The notes: generated from the letters alone by a model not told the origin. A stretch of 64,000 nt of DNA from Spirochaetaceae bacterium (GCA_031283025.1 JAITCP010000157.1:3175-67174), one strand, 5' to 3'; positions 33,366-42,437 are shown, counted from the stretch's first letter. Program-made: numbers and translations.

Positions 33366-35513
33366 ATGACTAAAAAAATAACAAGAAGCTTGTTGGCAGG
33401 TTTTGCCGGCGTTATGATGGCGTTTTGCCTGTTAACCTGCGGTGAGATGGGGTATAAGCAGCAGGAAGTCCTTGCGGTAGGAGACGCGCAGGAGCCGTCT
33501 ATCAGCGTACAGCCTGTAGGCGGCGTGTATACGTTGGGGAGTACGATCGCTCCTTTATCGGTAACCGCGGCGGTAACCGACGGCGGCTCGTTATCGTATC
33601 AATGGTATGATGCCACGCCCGCGGAATGGCAGGAAGGAACAGGAACGCTTTTAGGAACGGGACCATCATATCAGCCTGCTGCCGCCGGAGAGGGTGTTTA
33701 CCAAATTTATGTTTTAATTACCAATACCAATAACAAGGTACAGGGCGGAACCACCACATCGGCCAAAAGCAATTTGGTAAAGGTTACTATTAATGACGCT
33801 TCCAACGCCCTTTACCCGAACATTACCGCCGAACCGGAAAACGGTCTTTATGAATGGGCGAGCGGTTTGGAGGTAGAAGCTATACCGGTAACCGCGGCGG
33901 TGTCTGACGGCGGTTCGCTGTCGTACCAGTGGTACTCTGTCGCTTCATACACCAATGAAGACGGCACCGCGATAAACGGCGCAAGCTCGGCTAGTTTCCG
34001 GCCAACCATTACCGCGGCGGGAACCTATTACTATTATGTCGTTGTTACCAATACCAATAACAGCGCTTCCGGGCGGAAAATGTCACCAATAGCAAGCAAC
34101 CCCGTTATTGTACAGGCGCTGACGCCCAATTCGACCATTACCGTAAATACAGCGGCAAAGTACCAGTATGTTCGCGGGTTTGGCGGTATGGCGGTTCCTT
34201 GGGGGAATTTCCCGCAGGACTACATGGACGACTACGAAAGAATGTTCAACCCCGATACCGGTCTTGGCTACAACATGCTGCGGATTATGATTCCGTGCAG
34301 CGACACGGACATTGAGACGGGACTACAGCAGTATATCCTGGGCGATACAACCGGCGACAAAGACCGGTCGCACTATTATGAAATGGTAAAACTGGTAAAC
34401 CGGTACGGCGGCTATGTACTGGCAAGCCCTTGGTCCCCGCCCGCAGAATGGAAAACAAACGGTTCCACCGTCGGCGGCCAGGGGGGACAGGCCGCAAAAC
34501 TGATAAAGAGTTATTATAACGACTACGCCGACTACCTTAAAAAATACTGCCAGATAATGGCAAGAAACGGCGCCCCCATCTACGCGGTTTCCATTCAAAA
34601 CGAGCCCAACTATGCGGCAAATTATGACGGCTGCGAGTGGGATGGCACTGAAACGCGTGATTTTATTAAACAGGTCGGCCAATTTACCGCAGGAGTAAAA
34701 GGCTGGGGCGGCGGCGCGGAAATTCCCAGAGTCCTTATCATGAACGGCGAATCGGCAAATACCCCGTCTTTTAACAACCCGGTATTGAATGATCCGGAGG
34801 CGCGGAATTTGATTGATCTGCTTGCCCGCCATAATTACGGCAACAGTAATGAAAATATCTGGACCACGGCAAGCCAGTATGGCAAAGAAGTCTGGATGAC
34901 CGAACATAACCTTAATGCGGGAACCCCAATAGGCTATGTTGACGATTCAACGTATAACTACGTCTGGAAATTTATGAACGATGTAGACTGGACGCTACGG
35001 GTTAACAACGAAAACGCCTTCGTCTGGTGGGCGTTAAAACGTTTCTACAGCATGATAGGGGACGGCACGGAGGGTACGGTAGACGGCGCAATTCTGCCGC
35101 GCGGCTACGGCCTTGCCCATTACGCGAAATACGCGGCCGGCATGACCCGTATAGGCGTAACCGCAGCCGGCACGACGGCAAGCGGAACCGCTTTGAGCGC
35201 CGGTAATATTAACAACACGTCTCATAGTTATGACAGTACAGCCGCAAAAGTAACCGCCTATGTATCACAGGACGGCAATACCATTTCACTGGTTATGTTT
35301 ACTCCGACAAATATTGGCGCGGGCGGCGTAAATTTGGGAACCGTTAAAATACAGTTGCCGGACGGTTTTACTGTTACCAACGCGACGGCGGTGCGGACAA
35401 CGCGCAGCGCTTTTTTAAGGGCGGAAAGCGTTTCTGTTTTGACGAATAAAAATGCCGCTTTTGTTGAGCTTCCGGTGGGACAAATCGTTTCGATTAAATT
35501 TACCAAAAACTAG
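33366..35513 (+). CDS. Lipoprotein glycoside hydrolase family 30 (second copy) with two Ig-like SYQWY repeats
   Basis: ORF track 715 aa. AAGGAGG RBS. Lipobox AGVMMAFCLLTCG. LSYQWYDA, LSYQWYSV..YYYYVVVTN. GH30 core: RGFGGMAVPWGNF..YNMLRIMI..ASPWSPPAEWKTN..YAVSIQNEPNY..EVWMTEHN..FVWWALKRFYSMIG. Confidence 0.85.
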   Translation: MTKKITRSLLAGFAGVMMAFCLLTCGEMGYKQQEVLAVGDAQEPSISVQPVGGVYTLGSTIAPLSVTAAVTDGGSLSYQWYDATPAEWQEGTGTLLGTGPSYQPAAAGEGVYQIYVLITNTNNKVQGGTTTSAKSNLVKVTINDASNALYPNITAEPENGLYEWASGLEVEAIPVTAAVSDGGSLSYQWYSVASYTNEDGTAINGASSASFRPTITAAGTYYYYVVVTNTNNSASGRKMSPIASNPVIVQALTPNSTITVNTAAKYQYVRGFGGMAVPWGNFPQDYMDDYERMFNPDTGLGYNMLRIMIPCSDTDIETGLQQYILGDTTGDKDRSHYYEMVKLVNRYGGYVLASPWSPPAEWKTNGSTVGGQGGQAAKLIKSYYNDYADYLKKYCQIMARNGAPIYAVSIQNEPNYAANYDGCEWDGTETRDFIKQVGQFTAGVKGWGGGAEIPRVLIMNGESANTPSFNNPVLNDPEARNLIDLLARHNYGNSNENIWTTASQYGKEVWMTEHNLNAGTPIGYVDDSTYNYVWKFMNDVDWTLRVNNENAFVWWALKRFYSMIGDGTEGTVDGAILPRGYGLAHYAKYAAGMTRIGVTAAGTTASGTALSAGNINNTSHSYDSTAAKVTAYVSQDGNTISLVMFTPTNIGAGGVNLGTVKIQLPDGFTVTNATAVRTTRSAFLRAESVSVLTNKNAAFVELPVGQIVSIKFTKN

Positions 35514-35514
35514 A

Positions 35515-35551
35515 GGGAACCTCTAAAAACTGAAGTTTTTAAGAGATTCCC
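35515..35551. repeat. AAAAC-loop-GTTTT hairpin element, subtype 2
   Basis: gggaacctctaaaaac tgaa gtttttaagagattccc, 2 nt after the GH30 stop. Confidence 0.8.
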
Positions 35552-35560
35552 TAGACTTTA

Positions 35561-35586
35561 GCCGGGCGCTATGCGCCCGGTCTTTT
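35561..35586 (+). terminator. GC-rich rho-independent terminator between GH30-2 and OMP-2
   Basis: gccgggcgc tat gcgcccggt followed by cttttc. The ORF-track ATG 35571 sits in its loop. Confidence 0.7.
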
Positions 35587-35603
35587 CCCACAGGAGGATT
35601 ACT

Positions 35604-36926
35604 TTGAAAAAAATTACCATTGGAAAATCTACCTTTCCAAAACTAACCGAGTTTTGGAAATGGCCCATTGCTCTTGGAGGATTTTCCAAAACTTCAGCTT
35701 TTGGAAAATCTACCTTAGATTTAAAGGAAAAACTGTCCTTTTGGACAGTTTTTCCAAAGCCATTTCCAAAACTAACCGAGTTTTGGAAATGGCCCATTGC
35801 TCTTTTACTTGCGGCGTTAACCTTTCCGGCTTTTTCCGGCGATTGGGAGATAAGCGGCGAGGCAAAAACCGGCTTTCTGTGGGAAAAGACCGAAAAAGTC
35901 GGAAAAGACCCGGAAGAAAAAGTACGGCTTGGCAGCCTTGACGACGCGGGAGACGATCAAGGGCGTTTCCGGCTTAATTTGGAATATACGGAAGGCAATG
36001 TAGGTTTTAAAATACGCATAGAATATGACAAATGGGCTGAGGGCGGCCCCAGCAAATGGCCGTGGTCTTATGCCTTTGGGTACGTCAACAGTTTTGAAGA
36101 CCAACTGACGTTTTCCATCGGCAAGCTTGGCTCATCCCCCTGGGGAACAGGCGGCCCTGAAAAATGGAAAGAGCTGGAAGTAATGGACAAGGGCGGCGGC
36201 GTGCGCGTTGAATATAAGCCCTACTACCTGCCCGGCTTAAACGTAGGCTTTGTCCTTAACTGGTTTAACGGCAGCAGTGATCGCGGATATAGCCGCAATC
36301 CTACCATATTGGACTTGCTGCAGGAATCAGTCCTTGGTGTGTCGTATGTGAATGATTATTTTCTATTCCGCTTTGCCTACCGTCTTGACAATGAGCTTGA
36401 CCAGCGTCCCGGCAGCGGTATTGTTGTTCCACGGGAAGGCGATGATCTCATTTACCGCATAGAAGAAAAGGTTTTGAACAATTACCTGAAAGGCTTAAAA
36501 ATTTGGGCGTTAGGCGTTTATGAAGGCGTAGGTTCCGAGGATGACAGTTGTATCCACTTTGAAAACTGGCTGTTTACCGAATTCGCCCCCGAATGGTTTA
36601 CCGCGCAAATCCGCTTTGGTTACGACGTTATTGCGACACGGAGCGTTGTGCACTTAAAACCCAGTTATTATCATCACTTTTTTGACAGATTTTTAACTCT
36701 GGGAGCGTCGTTCTTATGGGCGCAGGATTTTGGCGACTCCAAGGTATATCCCGGCTCTCCGTACTGGAAAATGGAGCTTGAACCAAAAGTCCAGCTTAAC
36801 TTTCAAAACGCCTACATCGCTTTTGTGTATATCATGAACAGGGAATACATACATGAAACCCCGTTAGCCGATCCCCCCATAAACCAAACGCAAAGAATGA
36901 ACCTGCGCTTTGGAATGTGGTTCTAG
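35604..36926 (+). CDS. Putative outer-membrane beta-barrel protein (OMP-2), with remodelled 5' end
   Basis: ORF-track ORF 35571..36926. The ATG at 35571 lies in the loop of a GC-rich terminator hairpin. In-frame TTG 35604 has AGGAGG 5 nt upstream. The mature part parallels OMP-1 (WEISGEAKTGFLWEKTEK...MNLRFGMWF). The N-terminal region contains an in-frame 129-nt duplication made of hairpin elements. Confidence 0.6.
   Translation: MKKITIGKSTFPKLTEFWKWPIALGGFSKTSAFGKSTLDLKEKLSFWTVFPKPFPKLTEFWKWPIALLLAALTFPAFSGDWEISGEAKTGFLWEKTEKVGKDPEEKVRLGSLDDAGDDQGRFRLNLEYTEGNVGFKIRIEYDKWAEGGPSKWPWSYAFGYVNSFEDQLTFSIGKLGSSPWGTGGPEKWKELEVMDKGGGVRVEYKPYYLPGLNVGFVLNWFNGSSDRGYSRNPTILDLLQESVLGVSYVNDYFLFRFAYRLDNELDQRPGSGIVVPREGDDLIYRIEEKVLNNYLKGLKIWALGVYEGVGSEDDSCIHFENWLFTEFAPEWFTAQIRFGYDVIATRSVVHLKPSYYHHFFDRFLTLGASFLWAQDFGDSKVYPGSPYWKMELEPKVQLNFQNAYIAFVYIMNREYIHETPLADPPINQTQRMNLRFGMWF
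35634..35675 (+). repeat. 42-nt direct repeat copy 1 (contains family hairpin tttccaaaac taaccga gttttggaaa)
   Basis: Identical to 35763-35804. Offset is 129 nt (43 codons, in frame). Confidence 0.9.
35680..35710. repeat. AAAAC-type hairpin element inside the OMP-2 5' coding region
   Basis: gattttccaaaa cttcagc ttttggaaaatc, perfect 12-bp stem. Confidence 0.8.
35726..35755. repeat. Perfect hairpin inside the OMP-2 5' coding region
   Basis: ggaaaaactgtcc tttt ggacagtttttcc, perfect 13-bp stem. Confidence 0.8.
35763..35804 (+). repeat. 42-nt direct repeat copy 2
   Basis: tttccaaaactaaccgagttttggaaatggcccattgctctt. Encodes FPKLTEFWKWPIAL, running directly into the hydrophobic signal-peptide core. 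Confidence 0.9.
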
Positions 36927-36972
36927 CTTTTCTCCCTTTTTTTACCACGGATTACACAGAGTAATTCGCAGT

Positions 36973-37020
36973 AAATAGGAAGTTGTTCAGAAACTGAAGT
37001 TTCTGAACAACTTCCTATTT
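36973..37020. repeat. AAAAC-loop-GTTTT hairpin element, subtype 1, perfect 22-bp stem
   Basis: aaataggaagttgttcagaaac tgaa gtttctgaacaacttcctattt. Lies between convergent OMP-2 and AraC and overlaps the AraC stop codon. Confidence 0.9.
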
Positions 37021-37807
37021 ACACTTTCGGCAGGCACCGTGACGGCGGAAACCCCCGCAATGCCTTAAAACTTTTATAAAAGTGAAACGAATCGCTAAAG
37101 CCGCATTGTTCCGCCACTTCATGAACCTTATAAGCGCCGGTCTGCAGTGTATTCTCCGCGTTCCGTACCCTGATATTGGTTATACATTGATGCACAGAAT
37201 AACCCATCTCACGCTTGAACAGTTGACCAAAATAATCCGCGTCAAGGTGCACCTGACGCGCCAGGTCTTTTACCGTTAATTTTTCCGAATAGTGCTGTGA
37301 AATAAAATTGATAACTTTACTGACGCGGTAATCAACAGAAGGGGAATCTTCTTCATACATGATAATTTCTGAAAAGCGGTGCAGGATTAACATGAGCAGC
37401 GCTCTTGTCTTCAGGATATATCCGCTTTGCTGCCTGGTCCAGCCAATGGTCAGCTCACGGAACAGGTTAATAATATCCTGCCTAAGTCCTATGCGGTTTA
37501 CTATCGGGAAAAAAGCGCTGCCGTCAATTTTCTTTAATGGCTGGTTTTTGAAAGCAAAATTAGTGGCAAAACAATGCATCAGGTTTTTGGAATAGGTAGT
37601 GGCCTCCTTGTTATCGCCCGGGCTTAAAAAGAGCAGGTCGCCGGATTCCAGTTCATGGGTTTCTCCGTTTATAATATAGCGGGCTGTCCCCCTCACAATG
37701 TAAGTAAGATCAAAATCGGTTATCGTTTGGGGCCAAATACGCCAGTCGGGGGTACACTTTCTGTGGACATGATAGTTAATTACAGGCACAAAATCGTCAA
37801 GTATCAT
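37019..37807 (-). CDS. AraC-family transcriptional regulator (cupin sensor plus HTH)
   Basis: ORF-track ORF 37019..37840 starts at TTG. First ATG is 37807 (MILDDFVPV...). C-terminal AraC HTH: LTVKDLARQVHLDADYFGQLFKREMGYSVHQCITNIRVRNAENTLQTGAYKVHEVAEQCGFSDSFHFYKSFKALRGFPPS. Confidence 0.85.
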   Translation of the reverse strand: MILDDFVPVINYHVHRKCTPDWRIWPQTITDFDLTYIVRGTARYIINGETHELESGDLLFLSPGDNKEATTYSKNLMHCFATNFAFKNQPLKKIDGSAFFPIVNRIGLRQDIINLFRELTIGWTRQQSGYILKTRALLMLILHRFSEIIMYEEDSPSVDYRVSKVINFISQHYSEKLTVKDLARQVHLDADYFGQLFKREMGYSVHQCITNIRVRNAENTLQTGAYKVHEVAEQCGFSDSFHFYKSFKALRGFPPSRCLPKV

Positions 37808-37950
37808 TTCAACAAATGATGCCACATAAAAAACATCCAAAAATCGGAACTTTACCTAAATATATGTTTTATATGTGGCAATCTATACGGTACGAATTTT
37901 TGAAATGTTTAAGTGTTTACATTTTGGGCAAAATTTGCTATATATGGGGT

Positions 37951-39045
37951 ATGATAGAGGTTGAAGGCATTACCAAGCGTTACGGCGCTGTAGAGGCTGT
38001 AAAAGCGCTTTCCTTCTCCGTAGGGAAGGAACAAGTGCTGGGTTTTTTGGGCCCAAACGGGGCAGGAAAAACCACGATTATGAAGATACTTACCGGGTAT
38101 CATTTTCCGTCAGAAGGCATGGCCAGGGTGGCCGGGTTTTCTGTAACCGATGATCCGGTAGAAGTTAAACGGCGGACGGGGTATCTGCCGGAAAGCGTTC
38201 CGCTCTATATGGACATGACCGTAGACGAGTACCTTTCCTTTATGGCCGCTGCCCGGCTTGTTCCCGCTTCAGAGCAAAAGTCGGCCCTGGAAAAGAGCAT
38301 AGCAAGCTGCGGCCTTAAAAGCGTGCGTTCCAAACTTGTGGAAACCCTTTCCAAAGGTTTCAGGCAGCGGGTGGGGTTGGCCCAGGCTATTATTCACGAT
38401 CCCCCCATCCTTATCCTTGATGAGCCTACTTCCGGCCTGGATCCTAACCAAATCATAGAGATCCGCTCCCTTATCAAGGAATTGGGAAAGAGCAAGACGG
38501 TGATCCTTTCCACCCACATTCTTCAGGAGGTAGAGGCGATCTGTTCCCGTGTATTGATCCTCAATGAAGGGCAAATTGCAGCCCAGGGTACGCCGGAAGA
38601 AATTGCCGGTACGCTGAAAGGGGGCGATACCTGGGAATTGCTGCTTAAGGGGTCGGAAATAGCGGAAAAATGCGCGCGCCTTACCCAAAATGCGGCGGGC
38701 CTTGCCACGCCAAATGCGGGGACAGTCCCGGAAATAACGGAAGAAGACGGCCTTTATAGGGTCCGGTTCTTCCTCCCCAGCCAGGGAGGTTCTTCCACGG
38801 GGCTGTCCGGGGAGGTGATCTTTGACTGGGCCGTAGCGGAAAATCTGAAAATACTCAGCATGAACCGCCGTAAACTTAGCCTGGAAGATATTTTTGTTAA
38901 ACTTACAACAGAGGCAGGTAATACAACCCCTCGTACTACGAAGGCAGCGGATACAGTGAAGGCAGCGGATGCAACAGAGGCAGTGGGTGTGGCGGATGCA
39001 GTGGATGCAACGGAGGTAACGGAGGTAATCGATGGAAATTCGTAA
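37951..39045 (+). CDS. ABC transporter ATP-binding protein (GldA-like, ABC-2 type) with low-complexity C-terminal tail
   Basis: ORF-track ORF 37816..39045. ATG 37951 gives MIEVEGITKRYGAVEAVKALSFSVGKEQVLGFLGPNGAGKTT (Walker A). LSKGFRQRVGLA (signature), ILILDEPTSGLD (Walker B). Tail: TKAADTVKAADATEAVGVADAVDATEVTEV. Confidence 0.9.
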   Translation: MIEVEGITKRYGAVEAVKALSFSVGKEQVLGFLGPNGAGKTTIMKILTGYHFPSEGMARVAGFSVTDDPVEVKRRTGYLPESVPLYMDMTVDEYLSFMAAARLVPASEQKSALEKSIASCGLKSVRSKLVETLSKGFRQRVGLAQAIIHDPPILILDEPTSGLDPNQIIEIRSLIKELGKSKTVILSTHILQEVEAICSRVLILNEGQIAAQGTPEEIAGTLKGGDTWELLLKGSEIAEKCARLTQNAAGLATPNAGTVPEITEEDGLYRVRFFLPSQGGSSTGLSGEVIFDWAVAENLKILSMNRRKLSLEDIFVKLTTEAGNTTPRTTKAADTVKAADATEAVGVADAVDATEVTEVIDGNS

Positions 39046-39760
39046 ATCTTTTATTTTGGCAAAAAAAGAACTTTTTTCTCTGTTCAATTCACCGGCTTTT
39101 TACGGGATATGCCTTTTCTTTACCGTTTTTTGTTCAATTTGGCTTTTCTATCTGCGCCGCTTCTTTACCCTGAACATGGCAAACCTGCGGCCTTATTTTG
39201 ATGTTTTTCCCGTAGCCTTTATCCTGGTGATCCCCATGATTACCATGAAATCCTGGGCGGAGGAACGGAAGCTGGGGAGCATAGAGCTGCTCCTCACCAT
39301 GCCTTTTTCTGAGTGGGAACTGGTGCTGGGGAAATTCATTGCCGCATTTGGGGTGGTGCTCCTTCTCCTGGGGTTAAGCCTTCCCGTGCCGTTGAGCATA
39401 CTCCCCCTGGGCCGCTTTGATCCGGGGATACTGGCGGGCGAATACATTGGCTCCCTCCTCCTTGGCGCGTCGGCAGCCGCGCTGGGGCTCCTCCTTTCAA
39501 GCCTGTCCAAAAATCAGGCCGGAGCTTTTTTGGGGAGCCTTGCCGTTCTCCTCTTTACCATGCTGGTAAACCAGCTTACCGTCTCAATTTCACTTCCGCC
39601 CGCCATAGCGGAACTGATCAACTTTTTTTCCCTGGCATTCCACTTTGACAGTTTTTCCAAAGGGATCATAGACTCAAGGGATTTGGCCTTTTTTGTGATC
39701 GCTACGGTATTGTTCTTGTTCCTTAATACCCGCGTAATTTTACAGAGGAAATGGAGTTAA
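39032..39760 (+). CDS. ABC-2 type transporter permease (GldF-like)
   Basis: ORF track 242 aa with multiple hydrophobic helices. Starts inside the end of the ATPase gene (14-nt overlap). Confidence 0.8.
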   Translation: MEIRKSFILAKKELFSLFNSPAFYGICLFFTVFCSIWLFYLRRFFTLNMANLRPYFDVFPVAFILVIPMITMKSWAEERKLGSIELLLTMPFSEWELVLGKFIAAFGVVLLLLGLSLPVPLSILPLGRFDPGILAGEYIGSLLLGASAAALGLLLSSLSKNQAGAFLGSLAVLLFTMLVNQLTVSISLPPAIAELINFFSLAFHFDSFSKGIIDSRDLAFFVIATVLFLFLNTRVILQRKWS

Positions 39761-39764
39761 TACT

Positions 39765-41420
39765 ATGACTAAAAAACAACACACGATTCTTGCCTCTCTT
39801 AGCATTATTATTATGGTACTGCTCATCTTGTTAAGCCGCCGCCTTTGGGTTCGATTGGACATGACATCAAACAAGGCCTACACCCTTTCCCCTGCATCCC
39901 GGAATCTTCACAATGAAATAGAAGAGACCATGAGGATAACCTACTATCTTTCCAATAAACTCCTGTCCATTGATCCGACTCCCTCAGAAATCACCGACAT
40001 ACTCCGTGAATATGAGGCCCGCTCCAGGGGCAAAATTAAAGTAACGGTAAAGGATCCGGGAAAAGAAGCGCAAGATGCGGAACGTTACGGCCTTTACTCC
40101 CAACAGCTTCAAAACATTGAACAGGGGGAAGCAAGTTTTTCTGTAGTTTATTCAGGGATTGTGATTGAGTACCTTACCCGTTATGAAGCGCTGCCCTGGG
40201 TTTTTTCTCTGGATACCCTTGAGTATGACATAACCAGCCGCATCCGCTCTTTGGTGAACGGGAAACAGCGTGAACTTGGCGTCATCGCTCCCGAATACCA
40301 GAAAAGCTGGGGCGAATATTACAGCTTCTTTAGCCAGACACTCACTCAAGCGGGGTTTCTTGTTTTACAACTCCGGCCCGGTGAAGAAATTCCGGACACC
40401 CTGCCGGCCCTCTTTGTGCTGGGCGGGGCGGAAGAACTGGATGAAACCGCCCTGTACCGCATAGACCGTTACATACAGCTTGGCGGCAGGGTGTTTTTTG
40501 CGGTAGAAAGCGTTGAGGTGGATATTGTCAACACCTGGCAGGGCCGTCTTAAAGAAGACAAGGGCCTTTTGGCGATGATTTCTTATTACGGCGCCACGGT
40601 GGGCCAAAGCCTTGTGCTGGACAAAGCGTCCCTCGTTTTGCCCTTCCGTGATCCCATGAACCAGCAATTCCGCATGGTTCGTTATAATCCCTGGGTTGGC
40701 GTAATGGAAGACCGGGGTAACGAGACACATCCCCTTACTTCCGGTTTTGCCGGAGTAGACCTTTTCTGGGCCAGCCCCTTAACCCTTACCCTTCCTGAAT
40801 CCGGAACAGTAAAGGGAGAAGCGCTGTTCAGTTCCAGCCCGGAAGCCTGGCTTATGACGAACGATTATGCCTTACGGCCCGATCAAAGCGCCATGTTTGC
40901 CTATGGGTCGGAAGAAACCAGAGGAGAAAAAATACTCGCCGTCGCCCTGGAAGGAAAATTCCCCAGTTGGTTTGCCGGTGTAGAAAAGCCCGGCTCCAAA
41001 AAAAGCCCGGATGCCGAATCAGACGCAGCTTCACAGGACGATCAAGAGGACGATTATTACGCTGCGGAGGAACTTCCCGATATGCCGGCAACACCCAAGG
41101 ATTCCCGGATTATTGTTGTAGGCGATTCTGACATAGCGGGCTCCCTTATCCAGTACACTCAGAGCCAGCAAAGCATTAACCTGAATTTTCTGCTGCAGGC
41201 TGCGGACTGGCTGGGCAATGACGATGACATTGTAGGCATACGGAACCGCACAAGCGGAACAGGCCGCCTTGACCGCATTACAGACGGTGAAAAACGCTCC
41301 GCCTTGATGAAATTTTCCCGGATACTCAATGTATTTATTGTTCCCATTGCAATCATTATTTTTGGAATTTACCGGCTGGTAAAAAGAAACCGCAGAAAGG
41401 AGCTTGACCATGGTCTATAA
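39765..41420 (+). CDS. GldG-like ABC-transporter auxiliary protein (N- and C-terminal TM anchors)
   Basis: ORF track 551 aa. N-terminal TM ILASLSIIIMVLLILL, NKAYTLSPASRNL, C-terminal TM FIVPIAIIIFGIYRLV. Gene order ATPase-permease-GldG is typical of this module. Confidence 0.75.
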   Translation: MTKKQHTILASLSIIIMVLLILLSRRLWVRLDMTSNKAYTLSPASRNLHNEIEETMRITYYLSNKLLSIDPTPSEITDILREYEARSRGKIKVTVKDPGKEAQDAERYGLYSQQLQNIEQGEASFSVVYSGIVIEYLTRYEALPWVFSLDTLEYDITSRIRSLVNGKQRELGVIAPEYQKSWGEYYSFFSQTLTQAGFLVLQLRPGEEIPDTLPALFVLGGAEELDETALYRIDRYIQLGGRVFFAVESVEVDIVNTWQGRLKEDKGLLAMISYYGATVGQSLVLDKASLVLPFRDPMNQQFRMVRYNPWVGVMEDRGNETHPLTSGFAGVDLFWASPLTLTLPESGTVKGEALFSSSPEAWLMTNDYALRPDQSAMFAYGSEETRGEKILAVALEGKFPSWFAGVEKPGSKKSPDAESDAASQDDQEDDYYAAEELPDMPATPKDSRIIVVGDSDIAGSLIQYTQSQQSINLNFLLQAADWLGNDDDIVGIRNRTSGTGRLDRITDGEKRSALMKFSRILNVFIVPIAIIIFGIYRLVKRNRRKELDHGL

Positions 41421-42375
41421 AAAAAAGTTAATCATTTTGGGAGCGTCGGCGGTTTTTTTGGCCCTGGTGTATCTTGTAACGCTTTTCTTTGATCCCAGCC
41501 GGATAAATGCCCGCAATGAACGCTTTACCTGGCTTCCCCCCGGCGCGCGGGAAGAAGCGGACAAAATAGAAATAAGCGGCAGCAGTGATGAAAAATTTGA
41601 ACTTGTTTTGCGGCACGACAGATGGTTCGCCCTTCTGGATGGAACCGGCGGGCCTCAGGAAGTGCCCGTTAAGCAGGGCAGGGTAGATGACATTTTCCGG
41701 CTTCTTGGCACCCGCGGGGCCTTCCCCCGCCGTGGTTCCTCCGCCTCAAGCCACAAGAACTTGGGCCTTACAACTGACGGTTACCGCTTGATTATTCGGG
41801 GCGGGGCGGGACTCCCCCTCCTTGATCTGCTGATAGGCCAGGATGATGTTTCCGGCAAAGAGGTGTTCCTGCGTAAAAACGGAGAAAATGAATTCCGTTC
41901 AGGAGACAGGCTAATCGGTTCCTATGTAAAGGCGGATAAAAATTCATGGTACGATCTAAAATTGTTTGATGAAGCTTCTGTTGAACAGGTTCAGCGTGTG
42001 CGGGTAACCTTTTTAGACTACTCAGGCCCGGAAGATGAAACCCCGTTAATCGGCTACATTGACTACAATATAACCCGCAGCGCGGAAAACTGGATCATGG
42101 AAGGGGATTCTACCCCCCTGGACAAAGACAAAACAGAAACATGGATACGGGGAATTCTGGAAGTCCAGGGCGACAATTTCCTGTCCCCTCAGAATGATTT
42201 TACCGCCGCCAGAATAGTCGTAGAACTGGGAGACGGCTCAACACTTAGATTGCAGATAGGAGAAGCAATAGAAGACGGGAAAGCCCCCGCCTTAACCGGT
42301 AATAAACCGTATGTGTATTCGCTTCCACGCTGGACGGCTACCCGCATCCTCCGTGAACGGGGATATTTTAATTAG
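41410..42375 (+). CDS. DUF4340-like protein (usual fourth gene of GldA/F/G-type modules)
   Basis: ORF-track ORF 41404..42375 starts at TTG. ATG 41410 (MVYKKKLIILGASAVFLALVYLV) follows AGGAG. Single N-terminal TM. Assignment rests on position and size. Confidence 0.6.
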   Translation: MVYKKKLIILGASAVFLALVYLVTLFFDPSRINARNERFTWLPPGAREEADKIEISGSSDEKFELVLRHDRWFALLDGTGGPQEVPVKQGRVDDIFRLLGTRGAFPRRGSSASSHKNLGLTTDGYRLIIRGGAGLPLLDLLIGQDDVSGKEVFLRKNGENEFRSGDRLIGSYVKADKNSWYDLKLFDEASVEQVQRVRVTFLDYSGPEDETPLIGYIDYNITRSAENWIMEGDSTPLDKDKTETWIRGILEVQGDNFLSPQNDFTAARIVVELGDGSTLRLQIGEAIEDGKAPALTGNKPYVYSLPRWTATRILRERGYFN

Positions 42376-42396
42376 GAAACGCCGGCATATTCAATG

Positions 42397-42430
42397 GGTA
42401 TCTCTAAAAATTTCAGTTTTTAGAGATACC
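42397..42430. repeat. AAAAC-loop-GTTTT hairpin element, subtype 2 (reverse orientation)
   Basis: ggtatctctaaaaa tttcag tttttagagatacc, perfect 14-bp stem. Flanked on both sides by tcaatg. Lies between convergent genes. Confidence 0.85.
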
Positions 42431-42437
42431 TCAATGT

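Noticed and set aside
35571-35603. ATG 35571 as the start of OMP-2
   Set aside because: This ATG lies in the loop of a GC-rich terminator hairpin and has no RBS. TTG 35604 has AGGAGG 5 nt upstream. Kept as an alternative only.
38269-39087. 272-aa minus-strand ORF antisense to the ABC ATPase gene
   Set aside because: The plus frame has Walker A, signature and Walker B motifs. The antisense product is Cys/Arg-rich nonsense.
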